A stretch of DNA of 64,000 nucleotides, taken from Candidatus Marinacidobacterales bacterium. Lineage in GTDB: Bacteria; Acidobacteriota; Vicinamibacteria; Marinacidobacterales; DATDRI01. Under the pieces are notes generated by a model. The model did no database searches and was not told where the DNA came from. It saw only the letters and a list, made by a program, of their open reading frames with translations. Shown here piece by piece: positions 60,715 through 64,000 of this stretch (the stretch's first letter is position 1; each line of letters opens with the position of its first letter). A program made the position numbers and the translations under genes. The DNA lies in NCBI GenBank assembly GCA_965219415.1, contig CBDCNP010000002.1:1568001-1632000 (forward strand), read 5' to 3'.

Positions 60715-61506
60715 TTACACCGAAGAGACAGACGTCTGCTCCAGCATCTTCTTCACTTCATCGAAGAGCAAGCCATTGGTGCTGATGGCGTCGCCACCAT
60801 ATATGCTCGCCTTGCCGTCCCAGTCGGTAAAGGTGCCGCCCGCTTCTTCGAGGATGGGCACCAGGGCAGCACAGTCCCAAGGTTTCATGAGCGGGTCGAG
60901 CATCACCTCGGCTCGCCCGGTCGCGACCAAACAATGGCCATAACAGTCACTCCAACCGCGTTGGAGGCGTGACGCCGCCTTGATACGATCCCAAAAGGCC
61001 CGGGTACGCTCGTCTTCGAGGGTCGCTACTTCGGTATGAGCAACCAATGCCTCTTCGATGCGCGATACGCGAGATACCCTTGCGAGCCGGCCGTTCCACC
61101 GGCACCCCTCGCCCTTGGCGGCGGAGACCGTTTCTTGCAGCCCTGGGAAGTGAGCCACTCCGACGACTACCTCGCCGGCAACCTCGAGCCCTATCAACAC
61201 TCCATAGAGAGGAACCCCTCGGATGAACGACTGGGTGCCGTCGATGGGGTCGATGATCCAGCGATGCGACGAGTCCTTATCCGCCTCACCGAACTCCTCG
61301 CCCAACACAGCGTGATCCGGGAAACGGTGAGCAATGAGCTCTCGGAGCAGCCTCTCCGCCCCCTGATCGGCGGCCGTCACCGGGGACTCATCCTCTTTCC
61401 ATTCAACGTCGACCCCGGTTTGAAAGTGCGCGAGGGTGAACTGACCGGCCTGCCAGGCGGCATCCATGGCGAAATCGAGGAACTCACGATTAGTGATGGG
61501 CGGCAT
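60715..61506 (-). CDS. Inositol monophosphatase family, histidinol-phosphatase HisN-like
   Basis: SPVTAAD, GEE, DPIDGT, WDCAAL. Confidence 0.9.
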   Translation of the reverse strand: MPPITNREFLDFAMDAAWQAGQFTLAHFQTGVDVEWKEDESPVTAADQGAERLLRELIAHRFPDHAVLGEEFGEADKDSSHRWIIDPIDGTQSFIRGVPLYGVLIGLEVAGEVVVGVAHFPGLQETVSAAKGEGCRWNGRLARVSRVSRIEEALVAHTEVATLEDERTRAFWDRIKAASRLQRGWSDCYGHCLVATGRAEVMLDPLMKPWDCAALVPILEEAGGTFTDWDGKASIYGGDAISTNGLLFDEVKKMLEQTSVSSV

Positions 61507-61809
61507 CTATGTTTCTTCGAACAGTTCTCGCCGACCGACTTCGCCCTTCGGGCTTCGTCGAGTCTCGCCGAAGCGACGCATAGGCGGAAGTTTCAGCGCA
61601 CGCGGACACCACAGCATATTCCGGGACGCGCTATTTTCCAAAGGCCTGGTGGAGCCCCCGCCCCCCCTCCAACTGGCACCGCCTGGTTTGGGAGCGCGCT
61701 CTTTGACCCCCTCACCGCGCAGTGTTAAGAATGGCTGGAGCCGGTCTTTCTGAAGCCGGTGTGAGGCTTTTCATAGGCCGGAACAGGCTGGCCTTGTAGA
61801 TTGCGAACG

Positions 61810-62544
61810 ATGGCATCGGAATCCGCCCTCATCTTGTTTACGCTCTCACCCGAAGCGGAGGGCCGCCGGAAGCCGCTCGGCCTAGGAAGGCCTGAGCGTG
61901 CCGCCGATGTGTTCGCGGTCCTTTTCGAGCACCTGGAGAACGTTTGTAGCGGGCTCCACGATGTAGATCTCCTCATCGCCACCCCGAAGCCTTTTAGAGA
62001 TTCGCGGCGGCATTACCTCCCACAAAGGGGCCGGAGCTTCGGAGACTCGCTACGACTGGCGGTCGACGATGCCTTTTCGCTCGGCTACCGACGCGTGGTG
62101 GTCATTGGCAACGATTCTCCGGAGATCTCGCGCCGCTATCTGGAGGACGCGTTCGACGCCCTAGCCTCGTCAGGACCTCGGGCGGCGGTGCTCGGTCCGG
62201 CCAAGGACGGTGGATACGCCTTGCTCGGACTCACGACACCTTGCCCCGAAGCCTTTGCAGCCATGCCCTGGGGGTCGTCGCGTGTTGCGCACCTCACCCA
62301 AGCGCGGCTGGTCGAAAGTCATTTTGTGGTCGAAACACTTCCCGCGCTCGAGGACATCGACGACCGACGCGGGCTAACTCGCTTCCTAACACGCGCACGA
62401 CTCGGATGGCTCGCCCGGCTCGCCCGGCGGATCATAAATCTCCTGCTCCCCGAACCGACCTGCCAAAGAACGACCGAAGGCCACTGGCGGAAGATTTTCC
62501 TTGCCGGGTGGCTCCCCCTCCGCGCTCCGCCTTCCACAACTTAG
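61810..62544 (+). CDS. DUF2064 / TIGR04282-like nucleotidyl- or glycosyltransferase-fold protein with a C-terminal RAPP motif
   Basis: QRGRSFGDSL, VIGNDSP, LGPAKDGGYALLG, MPWGS, EDIDD; ends LRAPPSTT. Confidence 0.85.
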   Translation: MASESALILFTLSPEAEGRRKPLGLGRPERAADVFAVLFEHLENVCSGLHDVDLLIATPKPFRDSRRHYLPQRGRSFGDSLRLAVDDAFSLGYRRVVVIGNDSPEISRRYLEDAFDALASSGPRAAVLGPAKDGGYALLGLTTPCPEAFAAMPWGSSRVAHLTQARLVESHFVVETLPALEDIDDRRGLTRFLTRARLGWLARLARRIINLLLPEPTCQRTTEGHWRKIFLAGWLPLRAPPSTT

Positions 62545-62600
62545 CCTCACGCCAATTTCTCCAATCTCGGATAACGCCCGCCCTGCGCGGGGAGGATTTT

Positions 62601-63812
62601 ATGTCTGGAAAACGAATTGCGATCATCGGTGCGGGTCCCGTCGGCCTCGAAGCCGCCCTTCACGGCCTGTCCCTGGGCCATCGCGTTCAGGTGTACGAAC
62701 GGGGAACCATCGGCGAGAACATGAATCGATGGGGTCATGTGACCCTCTTTTCATCCTGGGAGCTCAACCATTCCGAACTCGGAGCGAAGACCCTTCGGGG
62801 CGCCGGCCGGCCCCTACCCGCACCGGGGGAGTATTTGACGGGAAGGCAGCACGTGGAGAGATATCTCCGGCCCCTGGCCGACACCGACGCGCTGAGAAAG
62901 TGCATTCGAGAGGAAGTCGAAGTGCTGTACGTCGGGAGAGACGGTATCGGCAAGAAAGATTTGATCGGTGGTCCTCGGGAGCGTCATCCCTTTCGCATTC
63001 TGCTCGAGCGGGAACAGGGCGAAGAAATCGCCGAGGCAGACGTCCTGATCGATTGTTCCGGAACCTATGGCAATCACAACTGGATGGGCAACGGTAACAT
63101 CCCGGCTTTGGGCGAACTAGAGCTCGGCGGACAGATCGCCTACACGTTGCAGGACCTCCTCGGCGAGAAACGCGAGCAGTACTCGGGGCGACGCGTGCTT
63201 CTCATCGGCAGCGGACACTCCGCCGCCACGGCGCTCGAGGCACTCACCCAACTACCAGACACATCGGTCACCTGGATAGCCCAAAGCGCCGAGCAGAATC
63301 CCCTGTCTGTTTTCCCCAACGATCCACTTCCGGAAAGAGACCGGCTTTCCAAGAAGGCAAACGAGCTCGCCAGAGGCGGGGCTCCTCGGGTCGCGTACCG
63401 TCCTGCAACTCTCGTCGAGCGTGTGACGCGCCAGGCAGGATCATTTGCCGTCGAGCTCCGCGCGATCGAGACCGATCGCCGAGAGACGGTCACAGTGGAT
63501 CGCATCCTGGCCTATGTGGGCTACCACCCGGACAATCGAATCTATCGGGAGCTCCAGATGCATGAGTGTTATGCGTCGATGGGACCGATGAAGCTTTCGG
63601 CCGCTCTTCTAGGATCGAGCTCGGCAGATTGCCTCGCCAATGAGTCCCACGGGGCCGATGTCTTGACGAACCCGGAACCGAATTTCTTTGTCCTCGGCTC
63701 GAAGAGCTATGGCAAGAACTCGAACTTCTTGATTCGGATCGGGCTCGAGCAAGTTCGAGAGGTCTTCAGCTCCATCGAAAAAACGACCGCCGTGGATCAG
63801 TACGCATCATGA
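62601..63812 (+). CDS. FAD/NAD(P)-dependent oxidoreductase (ArsO-like flavoprotein monooxygenase family)
   Basis: IIGAGPVG, WGHVTLFSSW, DCSGTY, IGSGHSA, HECYAS, LGSKSYG. Confidence 0.88.
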   Translation: MSGKRIAIIGAGPVGLEAALHGLSLGHRVQVYERGTIGENMNRWGHVTLFSSWELNHSELGAKTLRGAGRPLPAPGEYLTGRQHVERYLRPLADTDALRKCIREEVEVLYVGRDGIGKKDLIGGPRERHPFRILLEREQGEEIAEADVLIDCSGTYGNHNWMGNGNIPALGELELGGQIAYTLQDLLGEKREQYSGRRVLLIGSGHSAATALEALTQLPDTSVTWIAQSAEQNPLSVFPNDPLPERDRLSKKANELARGGAPRVAYRPATLVERVTRQAGSFAVELRAIETDRRETVTVDRILAYVGYHPDNRIYRELQMHECYASMGPMKLSAALLGSSSADCLANESHGADVLTNPEPNFFVLGSKSYGKNSNFLIRIGLEQVREVFSSIEKTTAVDQYAS

Positions 63813-64000
63813 CCACCCATACTGCCGAAGCTCCGCCGCGTGTCGCCTTGAGTGCGCTCGACGACCTGTGGTTCCAAGTCTCTGGAACACTCTGCAATCT
63901 CACCTGCGCCCATTGCTTCATCTCTTGCAGTCCAACCAACCACGCGTTCGAGCTCATGGACCTCGAAGCCATGAAGCGCCTCCTCGAGGAATCGAAGGCG
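63809..64000 (+). CDS. Radical SAM protein, N-terminal part; runs off the window
   Basis: ATGA overlap; MTTHTAEAPPRVALSALDDLWFQVSGTLCNLTCAHCFISCSP carries CxxxCxxC. Confidence 0.88.
   Translation, partial: MTTHTAEAPPRVALSALDDLWFQVSGTLCNLTCAHCFISCSPTNHAFELMDLEAMKRLLEESKA

Noticed and set aside
61530-61590. CTTCGCCCTTCGGGCTTCG...CGCCGAAGC hairpins as a riboswitch
   Set aside because: It looks like an intergenic REP-type palindrome; only one copy is in the window and no aptamer consensus was recognised.

Overview
GC-rich bacterial window. The gene content (PEP-CTERM protein, Ser/Thr kinase-TolB-TPR paralogues, many lipoprotein peptidases) is Acidobacteriota-like, but the taxonomy is an inference. 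No rRNA, tRNA or CRISPR array was seen. It holds metabolic genes (2-oxoacid dehydrogenase E1a/E1b/E2, a sulfite-oxidase-family enzyme with a cytochrome c, deaminases, peptidases, LLM oxidoreductases), a cluster of four IS elements (three IS256, one IS3), and many frameshifted, truncated or rearranged genes. Main results not in the ORF track: (1) two probable selenoproteins with in-frame UGA plus a SECIS-like hairpin: an AhpD/CMD-like CxxU protein (8259-8525) that shares an ATCGTA-N4-TACGAT operator with an adjacent ArsR, and a PrdB/GrdB-like UxxC protein (19854-20872) directly upstream of an LLM oxidoreductase; (2) a DUF2064 protein ending in a RAPP ribosome-arrest-like motif whose codons can pair with the Shine-Dalgarno of the downstream flavoprotein/radical SAM genes; (3) a Fic gene bracketed by a 57-bp synonymously recoded duplicate of the E2 3' end; (4) a 182-aa secreted protein that is restored in frame when two IS elements are removed; (5) a 2+1 set of HxH membrane domains resembling styrene oxide isomerase.
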